This document shows positions 1-8,615 of a DNA stretch of 64,000 bases, in pieces. Below the pieces are notes generated by a model. The model had not been told where the DNA came from. It did not search any database and saw only the letters and a program-made list of their open reading frames with translations. The stretch lies in IMG/VR virus record IMGVR_UViG_3300029850_000008. One strand, 5' to 3'. Numbering within the stretch: position 1 is the stretch's first letter; the number at the start of each line of letters is the position of its first letter. The position numbers and the translations under genes are program-made. The DNA is from a virus.

Positions 1-235
1 GAGCATCATCCGCAACCGGAAACTGTGGAGCATCATCCGCAACCGGAAACTGTGGAGCATCATCCGCAACCGGATACTATGGAGCATCATCCGCAACCGG
101 ATACAAGGGAGCATCATCCGCAACCGGAAACTGTGGAGCATCATCCGCAACCGGAGACTATGGAGCATCATCCGCAACCGGAAACTGTGGAGCATCATCC
201 GCAACCGGATACAAGGGAGCATCATCCGCAGGAGA
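1..235 (+). repeat. 27-bp tandem repeat, 8 full copies plus a partial one (GAGCATCATCCGCAACCGGAnACnnnG)
   Basis: Direct reading: units start at 1,28,55,82,109,136,163,190,217; only the last ~6 nt of each unit vary. Confidence 0.95.
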
Positions 236-470
236 CAAAGAGAGTATTGCAGTAGCGTGGGGTTATAAATCAAAGGCAAAAGGAGTATTAGGATCGCACT
301 TAGTATTTGCTGATTGGGAGGGAGATGAAAACCGCTACTGGGATCAGAAATTGTGGAGTTTAAAAGGTGCAAAAATGGTGCAGGTAGATGGGGAGACGAT
401 CAAGGAAGATACATGGTACACGATGGAAAACGGAGAAATTGTTGAAGTGAAAGAAAGTGAGGATGAATAA
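3..470 (+). CDS. Repeat-containing phage protein, C-terminal part (5' end outside window), read in frame 3 as (GASSATGxx)n + globular tail
   Basis: Frame 3 is open from nt 3 through the repeat to TAA 468-470 and ends ...AVAWGYKSKAKGVLGSHLVFADWEGDENRYWDQKLW...VKESEDE; stop abuts the recT start. Confidence 0.5.
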   Translation, partial: ASSATGNCGASSATGNCGASSATGYYGASSATGYKGASSATGNCGASSATGDYGASSATGNCGASSATGYKGASSAGDKESIAVAWGYKSKAKGVLGSHLVFADWEGDENRYWDQKLWSLKGAKMVQVDGETIKEDTWYTMENGEIVEVKESEDE

Positions 471-472
471 AT

Positions 473-1378
473 ATGGCAACACGGCAGGAAATTATGGAAG
501 CAAAAGGGGATAGCGATGCTGCTATCGTGATTAATGATTCTTTTATTAATGGCTTAGCGAAACAGTTAAAACAGAAGTGCGAGTATGGAATGTCTTTTCC
601 GGCAGATTATAACGTGAACAATGCTCTTATGGGCGCATATTTGACGTTGAAAGAAACCAAGGACAAGAAAACCAATAAATCATTATTAGAATCGTGTAGC
701 AAAGTTAGTCTCGCAAATAGTCTTATGGACATGGCAACCCTTGGATTGTCTGTGCAAAAAAAGCAGGGGTATTTCATTGCTTACAGTGGACAGTGTCAGT
801 TTCAAGCATCGTATTTTGGTAACATTACGATTGCAAGAAGATATGGTTTAAAAGTGATCAATGCAGAAATTATTTATGAAGGAGATACATTTAAGTACCA
901 CATCGAAGATGGAAATAAAGTTCTTGATATCCATACGCAAGATTTCAAAAACATTGATAATGACAATATCATTGGAGCCTATGCTGTCATTATTATGAAT
1001 GATGGAAGTAAGCATATGGAAGTTATGAATATTTCCCAAATCAAAAAGTCGTGGGCGCAGGGGTATGGATACAAGGAAAATTCTACCGATACAACTCATG
1101 CGAAATTCACTGACCAGATGGCAAAAAAAACTGTTATGAATCGAGCGCTTAAATACATTATTCAGACTCATGGAGATGCATTTGTCCAGGAAGTATCAGA
1201 GAAAGAAGAAAACATTCCGTCCACTAGTGAAAGAGTAGTTGCTGATGTAGAATATGATATCTCCGAGAATGCCAACAAAGAAGAATTTGAGGATTCCTGT
1301 GTTGAAAATACTGAGGTTGTTGAAAAAACAGGAAAATCAGAAGAAGTGCGACAGGATGTTCCAGAGTGGATTGAGTAG
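473..1378 (+). CDS. recT: RecT-family single-strand annealing recombinase
   Basis: Translation resembles RecT core (..GYFIAYSGQCQFQASYFG.., ..AKKTVMNRALKYII..), acidic C-terminus. Confidence 0.8.
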   Translation: MATRQEIMEAKGDSDAAIVINDSFINGLAKQLKQKCEYGMSFPADYNVNNALMGAYLTLKETKDKKTNKSLLESCSKVSLANSLMDMATLGLSVQKKQGYFIAYSGQCQFQASYFGNITIARRYGLKVINAEIIYEGDTFKYHIEDGNKVLDIHTQDFKNIDNDNIIGAYAVIIMNDGSKHMEVMNISQIKKSWAQGYGYKENSTDTTHAKFTDQMAKKTVMNRALKYIIQTHGDAFVQEVSEKEENIPSTSERVVADVEYDISENANKEEFEDSCVENTEVVEKTGKSEEVRQDVPEWIE

Positions 1379-1440
1379 GAAGAATGTTGGCTTGGGAGTG
1401 ATAAATAATCATTCCCAGGTCAAAGAGAAAGGTGGTTGCC

Positions 1441-1617
1441 ATGAAAGAATACAAATGCCCAAAATGCAGCAGTACCGATATGTTTATTAGAAAATCATCA
1501 TCTGGGAACAACACTGGTCTTTATTGTGGGGACTGTGGAGTATGGATTAAATGGGTTTCTAAAAAAGAACTTCCGCTTGTGGAAAGATTTATCAGAGAAA
1601 AAGGAGAAAAGAAGTGA
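1441..1617 (+). CDS. Small zinc-ribbon protein
   Basis: CPKC...CGDC pairs; RBS-like AGAAAGGTGG upstream of ATG 1441. Confidence 0.5.
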   Translation: MKEYKCPKCSSTDMFIRKSSSGNNTGLYCGDCGVWIKWVSKKELPLVERFIREKGEKK

Positions 1618-1715
1618 TGAAGAAATTTGAATTAACATCAGAAAGTATCGTGAAGTTTGGAAGAACCCTGTACCGTATCCGGGCGTACCGCTTCCACTCA
1701 TGCACACGTGCATAA
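1617..1715 (+). pseudogene. Short ORF MKKFELTSESIVKFGRTLYRIRA.. possibly a truncated gene remnant
   Basis: 32-codon ORF; downstream 1657-1885 has protein-like pieces in two other frames without coherent start. Confidence 0.2.
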
Positions 1716-1899
1716 GAATGGATGGTCTCCTTATGAGTTAGCAGATTTTTGGAAGTACAGTAGGAACGAAAACATAGATGCCTTTAAGAGAGGTCTTAAA
1801 GGCATCATGGAGGAATTGAAACGTGCCGGGAAAATGTGATCGTTGCGGCGCATATCTGGAGGACGGCGGTGGTTGCATTTAACATGAATGGAGATTGAA

Positions 1900-2232
1900 A
1901 TGAAACTATATTTTTATTCGATTGACGATAATGAAAAGTTTGAAAAAGTACTTCATTGTCAAGAACTTGAAGCTGATGAGAGGTTAAAAACCTATAAGGT
2001 CCATGACGGATGCGATTTTTGGCCATACAAGAGTGTTATTAAGAAAGATGAATTAGACGAAGTGATTAAAGATGCTTTTGGTATCAAATTTGGCATTATA
2101 TTAGATTCAAAGAATGAAGAAAAAGCAAGAATTCTTTTAGACAACTATGTTGAAAAACAAATAAGTTTTTTTGAGAAAAATATTCGCTATTTTAAAAGAT
2201 GCTTAAAAGCGGCGAAATTTATCAGTGGGTAG
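1900..2232 (+). CDS. Hypothetical protein (paralog of 4397-4756)
   Basis: MKLYFYS.. N-terminus and ..EKARILLDNYVEKQISFFE.. resemble MKKLYIYS.. / ..EKAKRIFKRMIEQRISVLM.. of the second copy. Confidence 0.5.
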   Translation: MKLYFYSIDDNEKFEKVLHCQELEADERLKTYKVHDGCDFWPYKSVIKKDELDEVIKDAFGIKFGIILDSKNEEKARILLDNYVEKQISFFEKNIRYFKRCLKAAKFISG

Positions 2233-2234
2233 AA

Positions 2235-2408
2235 ATGAATATGTATGACTGGGATGATATTTGCTATGAATGCACAGGCTATGGCGATAACTACGAAGAA
2301 AGCGAAGATGGCGAGTTGATCTGCCGTTGCAGTACGTGTCCGAATAATGTAGACAGAGAGTGGGAGGAAGAGTCAACTACCCATCCCCTAAAGGTCATGG
2401 GCTTGTAA
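2235..2408 (+). CDS. Small Cys-rich protein
   Basis: CYEC...CRCSTC motifs; ATG overlaps previous stop region. Confidence 0.45.
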   Translation: MNMYDWDDICYECTGYGDNYEESEDGELICRCSTCPNNVDREWEEESTTHPLKVMGL

Positions 2409-2766
2409 CTGCCCAGTCGTACGAACGGCTTGCACCTCCGACCTTTAATCCCCGATAGATATTGCTATCTAAAGTGGCGTTACATCATAGGGTGGCTGAC
2501 AGCACCCTTTACAGACAAGACATGCTCATCTGTAACTGTATCAGGTACTAAACTTCCCATGCTATACAGTAAAAAATCTTTTACGGTTAAGATTTTACGC
2601 AATGCACGAATTTCGTATTGCAACCTCATATCTTGTCAATGTACAAAAGAGTGCCTTTAATGAGCAGCACATCTAACGGTTTTCTCTAAGAACTGCTACG
2701 GCTATTGTAGCATATTTGGTAACAGTTAACAAGGCTCCTTCCACCACCTAAAGGTAGTGGGTTTTC
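2409..2766 (+). ncRNA. Candidate structured non-coding RNA bounded by two near-identical hairpins
   Basis: No credible ORF/RBS; hairpins 2380-2401 and 2741-2760 share the CCTAAAGGT core; at least 6 internal stem-loops; second hairpin followed by GTTTTC. Confidence 0.3.
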
Positions 2767-2794
2767 GCCTATGGAAAACGAAAGGATTTTATTT

Positions 2795-4173
2795 ATGAAG
2801 TTCATTGATTTTTTCGCAGGAATCGGAGGATTTCGCAGGGGAATGGAATTAGCAGGTCATGAATGCGTTGGTTTCTGTGAATTTGATAAATTTGCGGTGG
2901 CAAGTTATACATCAATGCATTTGCTGACTGATGAGCAAAGAAAATATTTGTCTAAAGTTCCAGAAAAACAGAGATTTAAAGAAATTCTAAAGGAGGAATA
3001 TCGCAATGGAGAATGGTTTGCAAATGACATTAGACGAGTGTATGCCGGAGACATTCCAAAAGCCGACTGCTGGTGCTTCGGATTCCCCTGTCAGGACATA
3101 TCCGTTGCAGGAAAGCAACTTGGGTTTCAAGGAAACCGTTCAAGCTTGTTTTTCAGAGTTATGTACCTTATCGGACAACTCAAAGAAGAAGATAAACCCA
3201 CTTACCTTTTCATTGAGAACGTTAAGAATCTGCTTAGTGTTAATGGAGGATGGGATTTCGCCAGATTGCTCATTGAAATGGATAGGGGGGGTACGATGCA
3301 GAATGGCAGGTGCTCAACTCCAAAGATTTCGGAGTGCCACAAAACAGGGAAAGGTGTTTCATTATCGGACATCTTAGAGGGAGAAGTTCTGCAAAAGTAT
3401 TTCCTGTCGAAAGAACAGACGGAGAAAATAGTATTTCAATGATTGGTCATAGAGATGGATACAGAAGAAATATGCAAGTGTTTTCACCGGACGGGATTAC
3501 TGAAACTCTTGATACTGGACAAGGTGGTGGACGTGGGGCATACGTTTCAATAAACATCTTGAACAAAGACTATAATCATGCCCATGAAGCGGTCTATGAT
3601 ACAGACGGAATTATAGGAACTTTAATGGCTCGAGATTATAAAGATCCTAAGAGAGTGTGCATACCGGTTCTTACGCCAGACAGAGCAGAAAAGCATCAGA
3701 ATGGCAGACGATTTAAAGATGATGGAGAACCAATGTTCACACTAACAGGTCAAGACAGACATGGTGTTGCTGTTGAACCTATTGGAATTATTGATCCACA
3801 AGGAAGAAAAACGAAAGTTGTTGTTCCAAAAGACATGGTTCCTACATTGCGTAGTCAGTCACATGGAAACGAGCCAAATGTGTGTTTCAATGTAGGAGAA
3901 GATAAGGATTCAAATTCTAAGGATGGAATTTTTGTCAAACTGTCTGCTGAACTAACAGTATATGCAGTCTGGTATGAAAAATATCAGTGTTACATAGCGA
4001 TCAGAAAATTAACCCCAAAAGAATGTTTTAGACTTCAAGGGTGGTCCGATGATTATTTTGAGAAAGCTCAGTTTGTTAATTCTGACAGCCAGTTATACAA
4101 GCAAGCAGGAAACGGCGTAACAGTGACAGTTATAGAAGCTATAGCAAGGAAAATGAACGTAGATCTAAATTGA
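2795..4173 (+). pseudogene. DNA (cytosine-5)-methyltransferase, reading frame broken at a G7 tract (3285-3291)
   Basis: Motifs FAGIGGF (I), GFPCQDIS (IV), ENVKNL (VI) in frame 2; after the G run GYDAEWQVLNSKDFGVPQNRERCFIIG (VIII) and GNGVTV (X) in frame 1; G8 would give one ORF. Confidence 0.85.
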
Positions 4174-4214
4174 TAGCGTGTCAGCTGCTTACATGGGGGA
4201 AGTGATGATGGAAA

Positions 4215-4400
4215 ATGGATTATAAACACTGTAGATGTGTATGCGGTGGAATTATAGGGCAATACAGTAAAGTGAAAGGATTCACCTGTGAAAGATGCAA
4301 TAAAGAGTATCAATTATCAGAGCTAAAATATGATTGGCTCGCATTGAACGAAAAGACAGGATGGCTGTTTCCGATGCAAAAAAAGGTATATACACAATGA
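4215..4400 (+). CDS. Small zinc-ribbon protein
   Basis: CRCVCGG...CERC motifs. Confidence 0.45.
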   Translation: MDYKHCRCVCGGIIGQYSKVKGFTCERCNKEYQLSELKYDWLALNEKTGWLFPMQKKVYTQ

Positions 4401-4756
4401 AGAAACTATATATCTACTCATTAGAGTATGACTATAAAAAACAAAAGTATGTGGTTCAGATGGATTATTTATTTGCGACAGATCAAGGATCACATTATCA
4501 ACCGGTTGACGTACCAGAAAAGCGGGCTTTTACAAAAATAGCTATATATAAAAGATGTATTGGTTCACTAATTGATTCTTATAATGATTTCGTTGTTTTA
4601 GAAAAACCAGAATATGAAAAGGCTAAAAGAATATTTAAACGGATGATTGAACAAAGAATCAGCGTTTTGATGGGTGAAATGTACAGATATGAGGAAATGA
4701 AAATAGCAGTTGAAGATTTTAAACAGGAGGAGTGTGAAGATTATGAGACTGATTGA
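4397..4756 (+). CDS. Hypothetical protein (paralog of 1900-2232)
   Basis: ATGA start/stop overlap with previous ORF; similarity to 1900-2232 product. Confidence 0.5.
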   Translation: MKKLYIYSLEYDYKKQKYVVQMDYLFATDQGSHYQPVDVPEKRAFTKIAIYKRCIGSLIDSYNDFVVLEKPEYEKAKRIFKRMIEQRISVLMGEMYRYEEMKIAVEDFKQEECEDYETD

Positions 4757-5000
4757 TGCGGACTTATTAAAAGAAAATATCTCAAGATGGTTGAAACCAT
4801 CTGCGCCTGATGAAACAGAGATGATAGAAGTTGCAGATGCTCTTGTCAGTACGATGATAGAAATTGAAGAACAACCTACAGCTTTTGATGTGGACAAGGT
4901 TGTGGAGCAGTTAGATACATACATAACAAAGCTGGTCGGAAGAAATTCCGCACTATATCAGACAGTTATGCAGATCGTGAAAGGCGGCGGAACTGAATGA
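4743..5000 (+). CDS. Hypothetical protein
   Basis: AGGAGG RBS before ATG 4743. Confidence 0.5.
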   Translation: MRLIDADLLKENISRWLKPSAPDETEMIEVADALVSTMIEIEEQPTAFDVDKVVEQLDTYITKLVGRNSALYQTVMQIVKGGGTE

Positions 5001-5464
5001 GAGAAATTCTTTTCAAGGCAAAGCGGATTGATAATGGAGAATGGGCTGAGGGATATTATACGGAATGCAATGGCAAGACATTCATTGGCATTGATATATC
5101 CATTTACAGTGATATATTTGAGGTTTTTTGTACTCCTGTAATTAGGTGGTTTGAAGTTGATCCAAAAACCCTCTGCCAGTTCACCGGACTTTGCGACAAG
5201 AACGGCAAGAAAATCTGGGAGAGTGATATTATTTCGTACCAAAGAGACAATGATGATTGCCCGTTTCCGAATAAGGATACGAAGAAAAGATTTGGGAAAG
5301 TATTCTATCAAGGTTTTAGATCGACTTTTGCTATTGGCATGGGAAAAAATGGAAGTAGATCTATAAATGATGATTTGTGGAAATACGTTCAGAATGGAAA
5401 TCGAGTTGAGGTTATCGGAAACCAGTTTGACAACCCAGAATTATTACAGGAGGAATACAAATAA
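4997..5464 (+). CDS. YopX-family phage protein
   Basis: MREILFKAKRIDNGEWAEGYY.. and C-terminal VIGNQFDNPELL are typical of YopX. Confidence 0.7.
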   Translation: MREILFKAKRIDNGEWAEGYYTECNGKTFIGIDISIYSDIFEVFCTPVIRWFEVDPKTLCQFTGLCDKNGKKIWESDIISYQRDNDDCPFPNKDTKKRFGKVFYQGFRSTFAIGMGKNGSRSINDDLWKYVQNGNRVEVIGNQFDNPELLQEEYK

Positions 5465-5497
5465 GCAGTGCAAGTGTAAGATTTGGAACAAAAGCGT

Positions 5498-5703
5498 ATG
5501 TATGCGCAAGATATTTTCTTAGACCGGGCAAGTGTTTCAAATATATCGACCAGCGCGGCGAGGATGTTACAGAACACGTCTACGAGGTCATGGCGTTATA
5601 TCCGTACTGCGTCCTGTTAAGAGATACCAGAAACGGAGTCAGAACTTGTCTGGGATATAACACTTTAAGCCTGATGCTGAGAGGAAGTGAAGCCTATGAG
5701 TAA
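5498..5703 (+). pseudogene. Small phage protein with frame break at T4 run (5514-5517)
   Basis: Protein-like frame-1 ORF (..GKCFKYIDQRGEDVTEHVYEVMALYPYCVLLRDTRNG..) has no ATG/GTG/TTG start; ATG 5498 is in frame 2; one extra T joins them. Confidence 0.4.
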
Positions 5704-6001
5704 ATCAGTGTTAGTGATTGATACACCAGAGAATTGCTATGATTGCCCGTTCGGAACTTCATACTGCGGCGAACTTGAATATGTTGGCTATTGTGAATTA
5801 GCTGATTGTTTAGATTATGATGTAATTCTGATGACAGAAGAACATTATGATTGCGAAAGCAAATCAAGGCCTGAATGGTGTCCGTTGAAGCCATTGCCGG
5901 AGAAAATGATAATTCCAAGAGGTGCGAGAAATACGGACGGATTAGAGTATGCATGTGGTTATAATACTTGTATCAATGAGATCACAAGAGAGGTGAAGTA
6001 G
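5696..6001 (+). CDS. Cys-rich hypothetical protein
   Basis: ORF with CYDCPF.. motifs. Confidence 0.5.
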   Translation: MSKSVLVIDTPENCYDCPFGTSYCGELEYVGYCELADCLDYDVILMTEEHYDCESKSRPEWCPLKPLPEKMIIPRGARNTDGLEYACGYNTCINEITREVK

Positions 6002-6433
6002 ATGGAGAGATTAACGCTTGAAGAAGTTATTAAATACATAAAAGAAGTGGTGCAGAAGAACAGAAAAAATAAAGAAAAGAATACTATTGTTATTCCTAAC
6101 AGCTTTATAAGTAGTGCTGATTGTGCTGAAAAATACGAACAAGTTGCAAAATGGCTGAAAGAACTGAAATCTTATAAAGAAGCAGAAGAACAGGGCTTGC
6201 TTGTGAGATTGCCGTGTAAAGTTGGAGATACAGTGTATGTTCCAACAAGAAATTTTATTTCGGAATTGAGAATCATAATGATATCAGTTGATATGCACGG
6301 CGCTTATTTCAGATGGATGCTGAACAGTGGAATCTATCCCAATTTGGACGGATTTTCAGGAAGCGAACTTAACAAAACAGTATTCCTAAACCGTGAAGAA
6401 GCTGAGAAGAAGTTGGAAGAGATGCGAAAATGA
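6002..6433 (+). CDS. Hypothetical protein (paralog of 8190-8615)
   Basis: Shared LLVRLPCKVGDTVY / ILVRLPRKVGGTVY and KTVFL(N/T)REEAEK.LE motifs. Confidence 0.55.
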   Translation: MERLTLEEVIKYIKEVVQKNRKNKEKNTIVIPNSFISSADCAEKYEQVAKWLKELKSYKEAEEQGLLVRLPCKVGDTVYVPTRNFISELRIIMISVDMHGAYFRWMLNSGIYPNLDGFSGSELNKTVFLNREEAEKKLEEMRK

Positions 6434-6474
6434 ACATTTTGGATTTTGCAAGGAAGATATGAAGGAGGTATTTA

Positions 6475-6819
6475 ATGCTGATCAGAAGCCAGAATAAAAA
6501 AAATTTAATTGACATGTCAAACTTAATTATTGGTTTGGACAAATCGGATACTAAAGTGATTTGCTTTCACACCGCAGCGATGGATGGCGAAGCAAGTGCG
6601 ATTTTAGGGGAGTATTCGACCACTGAAAAAGCGGTTAGGGCTATTAGCATGATTCAACAAGCTTATACATATGCAGAGGTGACTAAAATGACAATTCCGG
6701 AGATCGGAAAAACATTCAAAGAAGCGCCAAATACAAAAGAGAATGAATTACTGGAAGAAGCTATTAAAGTTATTATGAATAATTTAGTATTCCAGATGCC
6801 AAGGGATTCGGAGGTGTAA
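6475..6819 (+). CDS. Hypothetical protein
   Basis: ORF with GGAGG RBS. Confidence 0.5.
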   Translation: MLIRSQNKKNLIDMSNLIIGLDKSDTKVICFHTAAMDGEASAILGEYSTTEKAVRAISMIQQAYTYAEVTKMTIPEIGKTFKEAPNTKENELLEEAIKVIMNNLVFQMPRDSEV

Positions 6820-6821
6820 GT

Positions 6822-7205
6822 ATGAGTCATATTGAATACAGATTAAAGCAGTACAAAGATGAGTATTCAAAGTACGGTAAATACGATGGACTTTATGTTG
6901 CGGATGTTCTGGAAATGCTTGAGCAGCTTCAAGACAATCTGGAACAGGACGAGAAAGAAAACGGTTGGATTCCAGTCAGTGAGAGACTACCGGAGGAAGG
7001 CGGAAGGTATCTGGTGACGTTTAAGAACGGAATAAAAGTTTGTATAGTAGGATATGGCTCTTGCAAGAGAACTGTACTAGGATATCCAATTGGACATGGC
7101 TGGTATAGCTTGGAAGAAGCGCAATATTATGCAGAGGACAGTATTATCGCCTGGATGCCGATTCCATATCCGTACCATGAATCAAATAACGAGGTGGGAA
7201 AATGA
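6822..7205 (+). CDS. DUF551-like phage protein
   Basis: GWIPVSERLPEEGGRYLV motif typical of DUF551. Confidence 0.5.
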   Translation: MSHIEYRLKQYKDEYSKYGKYDGLYVADVLEMLEQLQDNLEQDEKENGWIPVSERLPEEGGRYLVTFKNGIKVCIVGYGSCKRTVLGYPIGHGWYSLEEAQYYAEDSIIAWMPIPYPYHESNNEVGK

Positions 7206-7384
7206 AAAACGGAATCATATGCAAAGAAGATGGCGATGCACTGCTTGAAATATATCGGGCAATCAATGTTTGGGACGGATCGCTGAACCGGAATCTGACG
7301 ATGGATGAAATGGTTTTTATATTTGCGCTTGGACACGCAATAAAAGAGAATTTTGAGGAAGGGAGTGAAGCAGATGGCAATTAA
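7202..7384 (+). CDS. Hypothetical protein
   Basis: ORF, overlapping start/stop with neighbours. Confidence 0.4.
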   Translation: MKNGIICKEDGDALLEIYRAINVWDGSLNRNLTMDEMVFIFALGHAIKENFEEGSEADGN

Positions 7385-7997
7385 ACCGATTTTATTCAAT
7401 ACCGATATGGTGAGAGCAATCCTGGACGGGAGAAAGACTTGCACACGGCGAGTGGTAAAGCCACAGTGGGAAGAATGCCCACATTGCAAGTATGTGCATA
7501 ATGAGTACATCTATGACAAATTGGCGGAAAATGTGTATTGCGCACGGTGTGGGTTTCCAATGATCCCAGAGAGGAGAGCACCATACCAGGTGGGAGATAT
7601 TTTGTATGTTAGAGAAACATGGAGTGAATGGACAGGTGGATATGTGTATAAGGCGTGGGTTGAGCCGTTCCCGCAAGCAGGTGCATTTAATGAAAAGTGG
7701 CGTCCAGCCATTCATATGCCGAAAGAAGCGTCCAGGATCTGGCTTAAAGCTACGGATGTGAGAGTAGAGCGGTTGCAGGATATCACCGATGATGGCGCAA
7801 AGGCAGAGGGTGCTAACTGGAAGAACGGAAAAAATGTTGGCGTTGAAGAAAAAATGAGACGAACGGCAGTGGAAAGATTTGCTGAGATCTGGAACTCCAC
7901 AATCAAGAAATCTGACATTGATGGCTACGGCTGGCAGGCTAATCCGTGGGTCTGGGCGATAAGCTTCGAGAGATGTGAGAAACCGGAGGTGGTATAA
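7374..7997 (+). CDS. ASCH-like domain protein
   Basis: MAIKPILFNTDMVRAILDGRKTCTRRVVKP N-terminus recalled from ASCH-type phage proteins. Confidence 0.4.
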   Translation: MAIKPILFNTDMVRAILDGRKTCTRRVVKPQWEECPHCKYVHNEYIYDKLAENVYCARCGFPMIPERRAPYQVGDILYVRETWSEWTGGYVYKAWVEPFPQAGAFNEKWRPAIHMPKEASRIWLKATDVRVERLQDITDDGAKAEGANWKNGKNVGVEEKMRRTAVERFAEIWNSTIKKSDIDGYGWQANPWVWAISFERCEKPEVV

Positions 7998-8189
7998 ATG
8001 GCATCAGTAAAAAAATGTGATAGATGTTTTGAAAATTACAAGCACTACGGGGACGATCCGTTGAGATCTAATGCAATAAGGCCAATGTATAGAGATCGTA
8101 AAAATATGTCTACCATTGGTTTTAAAATATATAATCTTTGCCCAAAATGTATAGACAGTTTTGAAGAGTGGTTTGATGGAGGAAAATAA
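7998..8189 (+). CDS. Small zinc-ribbon protein
   Basis: CDRC...CPKC. Confidence 0.45.
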   Translation: MASVKKCDRCFENYKHYGDDPLRSNAIRPMYRDRKNMSTIGFKIYNLCPKCIDSFEEWFDGGK

Positions 8190-8615
8190 ATGGAGCGATT
8201 AACTTACGTTACCGAGAATGGCGAGATACTATTCCACCCGGAAGATTTGCCAGAGGACGAGGGCATGACGATCAGGCAGCTGGCAATACATGGAAGATGG
8301 GAGGAGCTGAACCAGATTGCTGAGAGATTGACCAACATGGAGCAGATGGAAGAGCATGGGATACTGGTGAGACTTCCGCGTAAAGTTGGAGGCACAGTGT
8401 ATACGTTAAGTTATAGGTATGAATGTAAAAATGATTATGATTGTAAAGTCCCAAGACAGTGGAAATGTGAGGAAAATATTCCATGCGAGTATGAGAAGAA
8501 AATACATTACGTGAAAGAATCTCAGTTTTGCTTAAGAATGTTAGAATCTCTTGGGAAAACCGTATTTCTCACTCGTGAGGAAGCGGAGAAGGCATTGGAG
8601 AAAAAGGAAAAATGA
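8190..8615 (+). CDS. Hypothetical protein (paralog of 6002-6433)
   Basis: See 6002-6433. Confidence 0.55.
   Translation: MERLTYVTENGEILFHPEDLPEDEGMTIRQLAIHGRWEELNQIAERLTNMEQMEEHGILVRLPRKVGGTVYTLSYRYECKNDYDCKVPRQWKCEENIPCEYEKKIHYVKESQFCLRMLESLGKTVFLTREEAEKALEKKEK

Noticed and set aside
1-235. Possible CRISPR array.
   Set aside because: The repeats are contiguous 27-mers without spacers and lie inside an open reading frame.
25-255. ORF-track protein (EHHPQPETV)n from the 27-bp repeat.
   Set aside because: It stops at 255 and leaves 215 nt of protein-like sequence orphaned. Frame 3 runs through both, so frame 3 is preferred, though not proven.
1657-1885. ORF 1657-1839 and the following CDRCGAYLEDGGGCI piece considered as a frameshifted gene.
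   Set aside because: The pieces need corrections of opposite sign, so no single consistent repair exists. The region is left as uncertain or degraded.
2430-2660. ORF 2430-2660 inside the candidate ncRNA.
   Set aside because: It has no RBS and a non-ATG start, and it spans hairpin-dense sequence.
2928-4813. Other CUGAUGA occurrences (2928-2934 and 4807-4813) considered as possible hammerheads.
   Set aside because: Both lie inside well-supported coding regions and lack the flanking GAAA, cleavage triplet and stems.
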